DNA from: Hydrolagus colliei
Taxonomy: Eukaryota
Assembly (NCBI GenBank): GCA_035084275.1
Contig: CM068748.1
Span: 16,182,001-16,246,000, forward strand
DNA: 64,000 bases
Reading direction: 5' to 3'
Positions within the stretch are counted from its first letter, which is position 1. Every line of letters begins with the position of its first letter. The position numbers were made by a program, and so were the translations under genes. The notes beneath the pieces are model-generated. The model saw only the letters and a list, made by a program, of their open reading frames with translations. It was not told where the DNA came from and did no database searches. Below, in pieces: positions 13,801-26,448 of this stretch.

Positions 13801-14199
13801 CCAAGGACAACTCAAGAACACTTCGGCTTCCGCTAGAGAAATCTTCAGGTGGCTACCAAATTTGGTCGGCTAAAAGCTTAACTAGCTACTAACATGCTCA
13901 TTCTGCGGAGTTGGTCAAAAAATCAGAAAATGCAAGAATTCTAACTTTTAAATGTTCTCAAACTTCCCCAATTCCAGCAAACTGTTCTTTCATTAAATTA
14001 TTTATCACCTTTTCTGAAGTCAAATAAATTAGGATACAAAACTATAACAAGGAAGCTTGGTGAATTGACAGAAAGGAGTCTATCCTATTTTCCTCATTCC
14101 TCTATTACAATTATCTCCAGAATCACAGAACCTCATTGTGTTTTGAATAGCCACAATATTTTGGTTCCATTGACTTCTGTCACAGATTTCTCTGAATAT

Positions 14200-14420
14200 T
14201 TAGTAGCTTGGCTAACAAGCTATTTCTAATGCTTAAATTGGTTATGACTAATTTCAATTTATATCCTTGGTGCAACTTGTTTGACTTACTTTGAAGAAAT
14301 AGGCTGGACTCACTTAATCTATACCATTTAATATTTGATATACTCCAATCAGGTTCCCACTTAACTGCCTTCTTTATAGATCTCAAAGCTTAATTTACTC
14401 TAATCTTTCTGCGTAGTTGA
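14200..14420 (-). mobile_element. Degenerate CR1 LINE ORF2 C-terminal fragment
   Basis: Minus translation NYAERLE*IKL*DL*RRQLSGNLIGVYQILNGID*VSPAYFF...GYKLKL resembles the CR1 motif YEERL..L.L.SLE.RRLRGDLIE.YKIL.G.D...RGH..KL. Confidence 0.75.
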
Positions 14421-14614
14421 TCACTGTAACCTAGCAATCTGTCTTCTTATTATTTTCTATACCTTTTATATTATGTGGCATTTGATTTCCCCTCAAAGGA
14501 GATTTTTTTTCTGCTCTATTTCCTTTTTTAGTTGTTCTTGATTCCTTAAAGATTTGCCTTTTCTAAAGTCGTATCGTTTTTTCTCCCCTGATGGTTGCAT
14601 TTGTTGAGTGGTCA

Positions 14615-14795
14615 ATCTAAAATAAATTGGTCACTCAATCCACAACTGTTTGTGGGACACTGCTGTGCGCAATTGGCTGCCACGTTTTGTCCACAAATAT
14701 ACAGTCAATTCACTTTACAGTAGATTCTGTGAAGCACTTTGAGATGTCTAGAAGATGTGAAAAGCGCTTTATCAAATGCAAGGATTATTATTATT
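14615..14795 (+). mobile_element. Deu-domain SINE 3' half
   Basis: ctgtttgtgggacactgctgtgcgcaattggctgcc core followed by the canonical tail. Confidence 0.92.
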
Positions 14796-15053
14796 GCCAG
14801 ATCATTTTATATTTAACCCTACTATGGTTCTAATTCCCTAGGAGGCCCATCATGATACAAAAAAACTATATTACACCACCGTTCAAAAACAATCATCCTC
14901 ACTTGCAGTGAGGATCAACTGTGGAGAAGTATAGAAATACAGTATATCCAACATCCGGTGCTGACAAGCCAGCTTCTTGTGCTCAATAGGTCATCAGGTC
15001 CCTCCTGTTGCAATTTCCAGTGACTTAAACACATGCGCTTTATGCACAGGAAC

Positions 15054-15153
15054 ATCGGAAACATCACTGGCTCCACATTATGTGTTATACGTAAGAAATG
15101 CCAATGATGCTACTTCGCAAAAGGCATGATGTGGAGCCAGTGATGTTTCCGAT
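15054..15153. repeat. Inverted repeat with 29-nt arms and a 42-nt loop
   Basis: atcggaaacatcactggctccacattatg (15054-15082) pairs with catgatgtggagccagtgatgtttccgat (15125-15153): 28 Watson-Crick pairs plus one U-G. Confidence 0.95.
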
Positions 15154-15355
15154 TGGTGCCTCCTATGCTCACACGTTAGCATGGGGTACACTTTGAAAAA
15201 CATTGCTGCAATGAGAAAAGGCCAGCAACAGATACTCTGTTTTGATACAAAGCAACTTCTCAAAATACTTGAAAAGCAAACCTCTTAAATCATGTTTCTC
15301 TATCTAGTGGCCTCCTTGCAGGAATCACGAGAAAAGATAGGTTGAGAATTTCTTT

Positions 15356-15415
15356 CAACAACAAAATTACATTTATAGAGTGCCTTTCACGTCAGGAGGA
15401 CGTCCCAAGGTGCTG
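15356..15415 (-). mobile_element. L2 tail-only fragment
   Basis: caacaacaaaattacatttatagagtgcctttcacgtcaggaggacgtcccaaggtgct. Confidence 0.85.
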
Positions 15416-15694
15416 AGGCTAGGCATCCAAGATGTCTGGAGTCACTCAGTTGCTCATGGGTACATAGTGATCCCCTCATACCCTTCCATGTGCTGCACCT
15501 GCAGAACCACATTGAATAAATAAAAATAATAATTCTTACGTTTGATACTGTGTTGGGAGGACATCTCAAAGCGCCTCACAAAGGCTCACCTTCTTAAATG
15601 CAAGCATAAAGAAGTGGAGGGCGCTATATAAATCAAAGTTGTTGTTGTTATAAGATGGAGTGGTCAAGGATATACACTGATCAATTGTTTTAAT

Positions 15695-15825
15695 AAACAA
15701 AATGCAGAAATACTACAAATCTGAAATAAAAACAAAAGTCATTGGGAACACTCAGCAGGTCAGGCAGCATCAATGAAGAGAGGAAAGTGAGTTAACGTTT
15801 CAGGTTGATGACCTTACGTCAGAAT
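15695..15825 (-). mobile_element. Penelope-like terminal repeat fragment with degenerate hammerhead motif
   Basis: Homologous to the 45953-46058 and 61266-61510 copies. Minus strand reads CTGACGT-AAGGTCATCAACCT-GAAACGTT. Confidence 0.75.
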
Positions 15826-17044
15826 GGTTTCATTGTTTGCCTGCCAGAATTTAAACACCCAGATCTGAAACTGAGTTAAAACCAAAGTAGAGTCCTTCAA
15901 ACATTTGATCCCAAAGGCAGCCTTGCAACACATTCATTGGTTCTGATGCTGTTGTTTTACTATTATTAAGGGATTCCCAGTTGACACAATGCACAATGGA
16001 AAGAAGCTTTCAGTCTGCGCTGCTAACAAAGTTGATGAGTGTAGTTCAAAATAATAAAACAGATGATGTCTTTTTTTTGTTAATGAGAGCTCCCAGCTCA
16101 ATTTCACCTATTCAAACTAATGAGTTGGAACAGCTTCCATCGATATGCATTTGTGAGTCTGTCAGCTTCATAATACTTGGTGCCCAATGGGACAGCTTAT
16201 TTGGTTGAAGAGGCTTAATTTGCAGATGTGCCCCCAAAAAGCTAAAAGTGACCTATTTTCAGATGCTTGTGACACAGAACTGAAAGTGACTCATTGTAGA
16301 GCTTGGCCATGCAAAATACATGCTAATAACCTGAGTTTTGCAAGAGGGCAATTCAAGGATCCAAAACACCATCTTTCATTGTCACATGCAGAGTGTTGTG
16401 ACAAGCTGGCAACAAACCAGTCAGTGCCAAGTCAATATTGATCCTTCTTGTGGATTTTGCCTCAGAGCCAGCATTAACTGTTCAAGTGGATCTGCTGCAG
16501 TCTGATGGGAGTTGAACTCAGTGCAACCTTGACTGTGGATCTATAAGACGGTAGCCTGGCAAATTCAAAATTAAACCGCAGAGCCAAACGTGTTACGAAG
16601 CTGGTTTATGACTTTCAATATACTTGCAAGTCACAAATGACCTTGCAACACCAGGAAACCCACAATGATAATTTCCCGCTGATACAATAAGTGTAATAAA
16701 ACAAATAAAGTGGCCCGGCAACATATAATGGCAACTGGTCCCTTACCTCTTTTTACCTCAGTGAGTGATATACCAAAGGTGCATGCGACAAGCTCAAAAT
16801 GGCCCATGATGGACAATCGCAAACTAGGACTTTTATTTCAAAGGGCACAAACATCAATAATCTCAGAATTTGGTCAATTTCCAATTCTAATGGTTTAACT
16901 CGTAAATTACTAATGATAACTTGTTATGTACGTTACACGGAATGTAAAAGATTGAGCAAAAGTTATAAACGAAGAGAAAATTACATTATTACCAATACTT
17001 AATTGAGGATTTCACAAATAGGCTTGCTTCACAAATAGAGTTTT

Positions 17045-17183
17045 CTTGGCCACACGTGCTGTCTTTCTCTCTCTCTGTGCCGACTTGACTCAATTCACTT
17101 TATTGCATATTCTATGAAGCGCTTTGAGACGTCTAGAACACATGAAAAGCGCTATATCAAATGCAAGGGTCATTATTATTATT
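17045..17183 (+). mobile_element. SINE 3' fragment
   Basis: tgaagcgctttgagacgtctagaacacatgaaaagcgctatatcaaatgcaagggtcattattatt. Confidence 0.85.
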
Positions 17184-18570
17184 GATCTGAAGGTGGGTAT
17201 CTGTCCTCATAATCCAATAGAAATTTAACACACCACTCACATTTGGGAGCTGTTTGTTCTTTGAACTTCAAGTTTATGAAGTGTTCAATTTGCTTACAAG
17301 TGTGTGTTTGAGTGCGTGTGGGTGGGGATGGGGGGAAACATGCATCAACTTGACACTGAATAAACCCAGACAAAGACGACAAATGTAATCTCACGGGTTA
17401 TCAATGAAGAATGGGAAGAGTGTCTGAATCCTCAATTACCCCCATTCAGCTGAACCCCTGAATATACATATATAAACCTGCATTGCTTCTAACATACACA
17501 GCAATACAACAAATGTACTCCAGCCAAACATGATGTCCAATCGCAATGTACAACTGCTCCGCAACACCATCCATATATGGAACTAGTTGAAAAGATAATA
17601 AAAGAAAGTTCAGAATGTTCCCTTCTTGCCACCAGAGGATGGATGGACAATGGAGAAGGTCAAGTAAAGGATACGTAAAATGTGAAAAGAAAACAGAAAA
17701 ATTAGATTGGTAGCAGCTAAACACTCGCGACCACTAATAAATTTGGCTCCCAGATGTTTTACTCATAAATTATCTGTACCTAGAATGTGTTTGACTGCAC
17801 ACAACTGTAGTTCACTCTTCCCCCCACCCCCCTCCCCACCCCCCTTAAGAAATGTTCCCAGAATATTTATGATAATAGTCTTTCTAACCATGATTGTTTC
17901 TCTAATATTTCACTGGCATGTATTTTAAAGCATAAATTCTGGTTCTTTACCAGTGCAATTGCAATGCTTACAATTTATGTTTCCAGCTAAATGTGAAACA
18001 TGCTTCTGTGTTGACTGGAGTTGCCCATGCAATATGATTCATTCATAAATATTGCTTAACTCGGCCAATTCATAATGTTGTAAATGAATGCGGTCTGGTT
18101 TTATTCAGATCTCTCCTGCAAACAAATTTAAATCACATCATCTCCAATGTAAAACATTTGTAGTGAACTCTATATCTTGCAGAACAATTGAGACGTATAT
18201 AATATTTTAGATTCAGACAGTAGCTATTGCTATACCTCAGCTAATACACAACACAGATAGGATTATTCTGACTGATTATAATCATATAATGAGATTGAGC
18301 AAAATAAGTTTGCCACCACCAGGGTTTCAGACAACACAATATCAAAGTGAAGTTCAAAAATAAGCAATGCTCTGAAGAATCTGCCCATGGAAGGGATATC
18401 AACGGGGAGGTTCCTATTAATTACCGTGGTCGTGAATTAGTCCAAATGTGATAAGACAAGATATTTACAGTCGCTCAGTTGTAAACTGGAAAGAAAATCT
18501 TGTAAAATTAAATGTGCTGCTCTGGAAATAGCTGCTACAAAGGTTCTCCTCTAAGTTACCTGTCAATCCA

Positions 18571-18693
18571 TTCTTTACCCAGAGAATGCTCCCAAGCCTC
18601 CGTTAATCTTGTTCTGTACCAGGGAATGATCCCAGGCCTCTGGTGATGTTGCTCTGTACCCAATGAATACTCCCATGCTTTGTTAACAATGTT
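18571..18693. repeat. Degenerate minisatellite, three units of about 40-41 nt
   Basis: Units start ttctttacccagagaatgctcccaagcctc / ttctgtaccagggaatgatcccaggcctc / ctctgtacccaatgaatactcccatgctt. Confidence 0.8.
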
Positions 18694-18788
18694 CCATATA
18701 CAACGTTTGAGAGGGTGGCCGCTCTCAGTTCTCTCCCTATCCTGCTCTTTATCAATAAGGCTGCAGGAGCTGATGGTGTTGGGGGTGT

Positions 18789-18810
18789 GGGGGGGGGGGG
18801 GGGGGGGGGG
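18789..18810. repeat. Poly-G tract (G22)
   Basis: Direct observation. Confidence 0.95.
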
Positions 18811-21800
18811 ATTAGAGGGAGGAGGAATGGGGAGAGAGAAAATCTTCCTCAGTCTCTGTTCAGAAACTGTTGTGTTTGAATTGATCATGGTATAAAAACA
18901 TATGGCAGTATTGGAAACGTATAGAATAAGGGCCCAAAATATTTAATTACAATGAATCCTCAGACCAGTGAGGACAGAGAAGGTATAGCCTTTTTAAAAA
19001 AAAAACACATTAAAAGCATTCCTTTCAACTGTACAGAATTAATATTCATGTCGGTTACGGAAATTGCTGGAATCAGCAGTTACATTATATCCACTAATAC
19101 ATTAGGTATGACTTTGTAATAACCAGCACAATAACATAACAGCAATAATGTGGTGAAATGTCAATACTTGATGAGGAACAAAAATTAAGAGTGAATTCAT
19201 AGACTCTAGTTAATCCTAATCATTGCATGCCACTGCACATTAAATTATTTTTTCTGTGGTGCATAACATTACAAATTACCGATAATATACACGCTAGACA
19301 TTAATAACTAGTGCGGCACAAACATTTTAATGTGGTTCTATGATAAAGACAAGGATGTAAAATTATCTGCTATTCAGTCTCCCTACAATTGCTTTGGTAA
19401 TGTGTGCAAATTATTCTGAAACACAGAACAAGGAATTTCAGCAATATCAGATTTCTCCTTCCCAGCATGCTAGGAATTTTCCAATCTTAATCATCTCCCT
19501 CGCTGATTAATTGCAGAAAATATTTGAATATTCTTGGAGTACTTACTGTTCTGTTTTTCATTGAAATCTGAATTTTTTGGCAAATCCCCTAATTTGACAC
19601 ACTCGTTAAGACAAAAAGCTCTGAGCGCAACAGTATTTACATCAACTGTTTGACTCAAACGTCTATTTTTATAGATTTTGTATTCCATGCACAGCAGTAT
19701 AGAGTATGCCAAGAACTCATGCTGTTTTGCAGGGTCTTTCAAATAAGCAGTTTGACAGCCATGAAGTGACAGACATCAATAGTAATATGCCAAGGTTGCC
19801 TGTAACTGGACTCTCAGGCAGTATAACCCACACCTGCATGACTGGAGGATGCACGTCTGGTTTCTGCCCCACAGAAACCACTAACAACACTTATTAGATG
19901 TTCCTAGCCTGATAAGTGGTCTGTGCTAGTTTCTAGTTCACATTATTATATTCATTTTATAATGCCTCCTGAAGCTTGATACCTCAATACCTGAGGGTCC
20001 TACTTCTGCCACCAAACGATGATTAAACATGACACAGTGACAGAAAACAGGGAGAAGGGATGGAAATAAAAGAACAAGGGATGAAAACAACCATGTTTGG
20101 CTCACCACATGGGGTGTGCCTATCAACACCAATAACTGTTAGCTCAAAACCTAGTGTCACATTGATAGAAAAGTCAGATCACTCAGATGGGTGCATCATC
20201 TGACTGGAAGATATCATTCCTTCCTATCCATCCATACATAACCCCTAGCCTTGTCATCTTATGACCATCAGAAGCCTGCATGCAGAACTCTGACACATAG
20301 AATAATAATGGTTGTACATCACTGCTCTGAAAGTCCAATCATGTATATCTTCACTTGGCACTGCCTTTGAGAGTCAATTACTTTATTGACATGCAATCTT
20401 CATAAGGAGAGAAATATTGTGCATGTAAGGTCATTTGGTTATGAAGACATATTATCATATTATCTGCATAAAGGTTGTAGGGCCAGAACCTGACAAAACT
20501 AATTATTGCAGTACATGATGCAGAGCTCACAGTATATTATGTGCTTAACTGCATGACTGTATTCCCCAGCTGAAAAATGAAGGTGAAATGATAAACCAGT
20601 CATGTTGCCAGCAAGCTGATGCAACTGAAGCACAGGCTCAAACATCTCTGTGCCTTTTTATCCAAATATCAGGGTGACAGATTTGGTAAACGACAACTGA
20701 GATTACAAATAATTTAGCATTTGTTCTCTAGCGAATGGGTAAGAAGAAGCCAAAGCAAACTCCAGCTTCTGCACATAACACATTAACATTCAATATAGGC
20801 AAATGGAACCAGCATAATGTGCGCAGCTGAACGTTTATAAATGTCGGATGCATCCTCGGTTTGCATCCCTGCAATGTATTTGTCTTGTTATTAAGCAGCT
20901 CTGAGGGTTTAGACTTACCTTCAGAGAGACAAGTCACAAATTGTTATCTCCCAGTCACTTTCTTGAATAAACTTTTTTTTGTAATTGCAAGAATGGTTGT
21001 AAGTGCAAAGGTTAACTGTCAGCTTTTATGCCATTTTAGACACCGATTTTTTGAAAATCAAAGATGCTAGAGAATGAAATCACAGCATCCTGAAATCAAC
21101 GGTTAAAATTGGACTCACTGAACTGTATCATCTTGTAGTGACATTACATGTCAAAACTGATAACCCAATCAAATCCTGAAATAGAAATGAGTTGTCCTTA
21201 TTTATTAGAATGATGAGAGATACAGTACCTTACATATAAATTGAGAGTGCACAAATTCCATACCAGACAGTATAAATATTATTTAATATTAATGAATAAA
21301 AAATAATTTGAAGGTGACAACTTATTTGTTCAAGAATTCAAAGGATTATTACCTTCTCTGCAAATCAAACTATAATGCAGTTTGCATTCTAGTATTCATT
21401 CAGTGGTCCGCAGACTGCCAAAATATATTATTTTTGTTGCATTTTCTGTGAGAAGCTTACATTTAACAAGTGGTGAAATGTAATCTATCTGAATAAATAT
21501 TTCTCTGAACCAGCAGTATCTACATCACGATACGTACTGTAATTATAACATAATTAAGGGTAATTGGGTGTGGCTTGGTTTTCCTTTAAAATGACAAGCT
21601 ATTCCACATCTGCCACGGCATTAATATTTCTACATTACTCATAGAAAATCAAGCAGTTCACAAAAATAGCTGATGTATTAAATTCTAGCTAGGCAATAAC
21701 ATGAGTCCAATCAGACCCACGCCAGACCAGCAGCAAAAATACCCAGACCATCTGAATGTCTATCCCATGATGAATCTCCATGACAAATGCCTTTGTTTTG

Positions 21801-23046
21801 ATGTTCTAAAGGAAATACAGACCTGCTCAAACTTTTGGCACAGCTGAAAACATGTTGGTAACACAAGAATAAAACTCAGATGTCTAAACTGGAAGAAGGT
21901 CATTTCTAAGCTAATCATTATGACATGCAAGCATTGTTTCATTCCAGCAATGATTGCTTCAGAAAACCTAGCAGTAATAAAAAAATATTCTGACACACTA
22001 TAATTTCTAACACGCCTAAGCCAAGAGCAAAAGTCCTCGCTCTCATGGCATCCTGTTGTATTCAACATTTTGTCCATCTCCATTAATCAAAGATTTACAT
22101 GCTGTATGGTATTCTAGAATCAAGAGAGAAAAGGGGAGGGCATTTTGCTTCGCTTAACCTATTGTTGTAGATTTTCCATGCTTTTCTTTTTTTAAAAAAA
22201 GGCTCCAAAATCTTTAGGGAGGTAAAGAAATGACATCTAAAATTGAGCAGAATTTTCATCTCCAAAAGCAAAAATACAACATTCCTTCCAGATGTCCATT
22301 AAGGATCTGAAGTCACCCAACACCCAGAAAGTGTGAGAAATATGGGTGTTTCGTTGGCTAATGCCACAGAGACCAGCCAGACTCATTCTGCGAAGGCCAT
22401 GAACGAATTTATGTTGTCAGTATCAACTGGCACAAACCCCAGTTGTTTTCTTTAATTCTCAGTGCAACAGCCTACGATCATGACAGGTTTATGCTGAGAT
22501 TATTAAGGGATATTTCAGGAAAAAAGATCCAAACAATGAGTGTCAGCAGGTTGGACAAACATGAGAAGCAGCGAGGAAGACTCTTGATTTGTCTTCACCC
22601 AAACTAGAATGTGTGTTTGTTTTTAAGATGAAAATTCTGCTCAACTTCGGATGTCATTTTATTCACTTTTCTTAGGACCCAAAGTTTTTCTAGAACTTTT
22701 TAGAAATAGCAAGGAAAATCCCCCCAGACACTCGTACGCATCCAAACATGCACGCACACACAAGCATCCCAGTAAGGATCAATGGATAATGTACAGGTGC
22801 AGAAATGCTGACCAATATTTTCTAACTCAAAATCTCAGGGCCTCACTGAGGCCCCATTTCTAACTCACCTTTACAGTTTCTCTAGCTAAGAGCAGCAAAC
22901 TCAGCACTAGTCCAGGAATGTAACCGGAAGGCTTTCATGTGAAAATGAGTTTTACTCATTTTGTCAGCGTCAGGCTCTGGCACTGTCAAGTGCTCTGGAA
23001 TGCTACCCTGTGTGAGCGGCATTATACAAATACAAGTTTTTCTTTT

Positions 23047-23110
23047 AGCGCCTTGGTACGTCCTCCTGACGTGAAAGGCGCTATGCAAATGTAATTTGGT
23101 TGTTGTTGTT
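23047..23110 (+). mobile_element. L2 tail-only fragment
   Basis: agcgccttggtacgtcctcctgacgtgaaaggcgctatgcaaatgtaatttggttgttgttgtt. Confidence 0.88.
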
Positions 23111-26100
23111 TATTGTTCAAAGTGCTTGTTGCATGATTTGCTTTACCAACTTTGTAGTTCAGGTTCATTCAGCAACATAAGAGTAAATGCAAAAGCTGAT
23201 ACATTGTTTATTTTTAATGATGAGAATATGAGAGACCTTCCCAGGTCCACATATATTGTGAAGCCAAACTGTTAGTCAGATTTTCAGTCTTTCCTTTGAG
23301 ATGGGACATTTGAATGCAAACACTTTCCACTTGAAAATAGGGTTCAGCATCAAACCGACTCTATTTTTCCACCCAAACACACAGCTTTGAATCAAAATGT
23401 CACTGAAATAGGTTTTTCAACTACAGTACTTCCACCAGAGTCCAATACTTGACCCTTAACATGATAAGTAAAGTAATAATCCAGCCTATTCAACCAAAAT
23501 GCTCATGTAGAATCAATGCAGGGAAAAAAAATTTTTAATTGAAATTTAAAGTTCATACAAACTGATGGACATTTCCTAAAGCCGCATTTCACACCTTAGA
23601 CCTTTCTGGTTCTTAGCACTACAGTGGACAGATCTTGTTAACTAATTGGTGATATTTATCGAAGGAATTGATGGCTTCAAGAAGCTACATTCATTATAAG
23701 CAACCTCTTATCCTTGATCAAATCCCATCTGGCTGGGTACATTTTGGTTGGCACCATCACATTTTATTTGCTGCTCTCAACAGTGCCACAAATAATTTTT
23801 CGTTATACAGATGTCTCGGTGCACTATTAACATAATCACAGAAAATTGGCCACCATAATGCTCTTAGTTAACCACAAAGCAAATTGAGTGTGCATCATAA
23901 TATCTTCCAGGCCAGGAGAATTTCAAGACAGAACAAGCTGACTGAGCTGTCTATTATTTGCAGCGTCTACTGTACTTGTCTATTTTAATTAACTGACTGT
24001 AACTCCACAGCTTCATGCTGTTGCAGTCATACCAAGGTTGTTTACATTAATGCTCATAGCAACTTCAGTGAGCACATTGCAGGGGTTGTTCACAGAAAAC
24101 CTGACGGCTTCTGGATTTACACTGCAGTGCACTGTGGGTTGCCATGTCCACGCACACCGAAACAGGCTGCAGCCGTGCAATTGCATCAGGTCACTGTGCT
24201 CAGATCCCCGCTCTCGTGCCACCTGTTGTCTGAAGTGAGATGGAGTGGGTGGGGTGGAAGGAAACTGTCACAACAGCTTATGTCCTTGGTCTGTGAAAGG
24301 AGCAGGTTTGAGGGGCTCCATAGCATTTCTCAGAGGACGCTTTCATGTTCGTAACCAGGTTTCGTATCATTAGCAACGGGACTGGGATGACTTCATCCAC
24401 CTGGGTATATCTAATGTTGTCCAAATGACAGAGGGATTTTTTTAAAAAACGCAGTTTCTGTTTTTCTTCCTTAACCCCCGCACAGTGATGTTACCGTGTA
24501 GGTTGCGAGTTTTGCTGCCCTGAAGATTGATAGCCATCTGTGAGGTCTAAAGGTCCATAACAAGCCAGCCACCAAATGACTGGAACTCAGCAAAACAAAT
24601 CTGACCACCCTCATTCAGCTCACATGTAATAATAACTAGCCAGGATGAACCGAACAATAAACAAATATATTTGGAGGCTATTCATTGCAGGCACTTATGG
24701 ATCATGATTGAGCCAAAATAATCCAATAGCCTATTGTAACCCGTTGTGGTGCAAAATAGTACAGTTCTCAATTGCTCATTTAAACATAGTGGCCTTACTT
24801 TTTCTGCGCGCTCAAAACTCATACCAGAAATGCAGGTTATTCAGGCTAAACTCTAGCCTTGAAACAAAAGTGTTACAAAGTGCAAAAGACGTGTGGTTTC
24901 TGATACCAAAGCGTCTGAAACTAAATCACCGACTGCTGCATTTCTTCCTTGCTTACAAACTCGGATTCAATCACCGCGAAGTGTTCAGAAAGATAGGCTG
25001 TACTATTATCATGCTGAGAAAAACTGAACACTGCACATTTACTAACATATAGAAGCTCTGATTGGTAAAATATATCTCAATATCATTTCAATCCTAGTAT
25101 ACATCCCTCTGGTCCACTCATGTGGGACATAACTCGATTCTAACCAATCATTACTCCCGTCAGCAAGAAAAATGTCAAATGGGTAAGAAATGACTATCTT
25201 TCTATATACAATATTACAAAGACCATTGTGCACTGGAGTGTATTCCTAGGATTAACCCAATGAAGGATTCAGATTTTCCAACTTCATTCCTAAACTATGG
25301 TCATCCCAATCTCTCAGTTTGTATGACAGATCATTTAAAAATCCCCTGATCCTATTTACTTCAATGACATTTTATTTATTTTTCTTGCACCGCAAGTGTC
25401 ATACTCTAAGTGCATCCACCAAATGAAGATTATAGCAAAGCACTACTTTCATGACCTGATGGCCCAAAGTTTTTTTAATGAAAAAAACAAGTCTAAACAT
25501 GGTGATAAAAACTATGTGAATAAATGGTGAATTATTATTATAATTCAGTTGAAACTTCTATGATAGTTGTGGAAATGACTTACATTTGGTTTACTTGACA
25601 AATAACATTATTGTGTAGTAACTTCATTGTTCAAACTGCAGATCCACAGACGTGTTTGTGCTGCTTTATTCCACGTTGCCAATATTATTCAAAATTCTAT
25701 TTATCGCTTTAGATCAGGCATAAATAAGTGAACTGCTGCTACTTTTACAGCTTTGGACATAGCACCAACAGTGTCGTCATCTGTAAACCTCAACTCCACA
25801 GAAATAAGCTATTTCTCAATGATGTTTTCCAGTTGCTGGCACCAAATAGATTTTTTTTTGAAAAAATATTAAATCACTCTAAATTAGCCCCAGATGTTTG
25901 TTTATTTGTTCCAGTAAACTTTAAATGTTTTGTGTGTTCTGAAAGATGAATTTCCTGTGAAAAACAGCCACAAATAAACTGCAGCAACACGCAATACGTC
26001 CCCTGGGTGCTTTCAGTGACAGTTTTCTGCCTAACCCTGGATGTTGCTACACAGACATACATTGTATTGTGGAACACTCCCTGGATTTATTTTCAATACA

Positions 26101-26385
26101 CTCATTTGTTATGAGAGAGTAAACTATTGAGATCTTACTCAGTTCAAGATGCTAAAAGAATGTCAGTTAAAATGTCTTAACTTAACATAAAGTTAACATG
26201 AGGGTTGGGTGGGGGGAGGTCTGAGTGAAGTGCATGCCTCCTAATAGATGCTCATGTTGTCAAGCCCTGAGATGCAGTTGAGAGTGTGGGAAAGATTTAC
26301 AATTGTGACTCGCGGATGCATTTGTTAAAGGAAAATCCTGATGGCTAATCTGGGTTGCAGATCTGTAACTATTGTATTATAGTCC

Positions 26386-26448
26386 AGCGCCTTGATACGT
26401 CCTCCCGACATGAAAGGTGTTACAGAAATGTAATTTTGTTGTTGTTGT
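26386..26448 (+). mobile_element. L2 tail-only fragment
   Basis: cagcgccttgatacgtcctcccgacatgaaaggtgttacagaaatgtaattttgttgttgttg. Confidence 0.85.
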
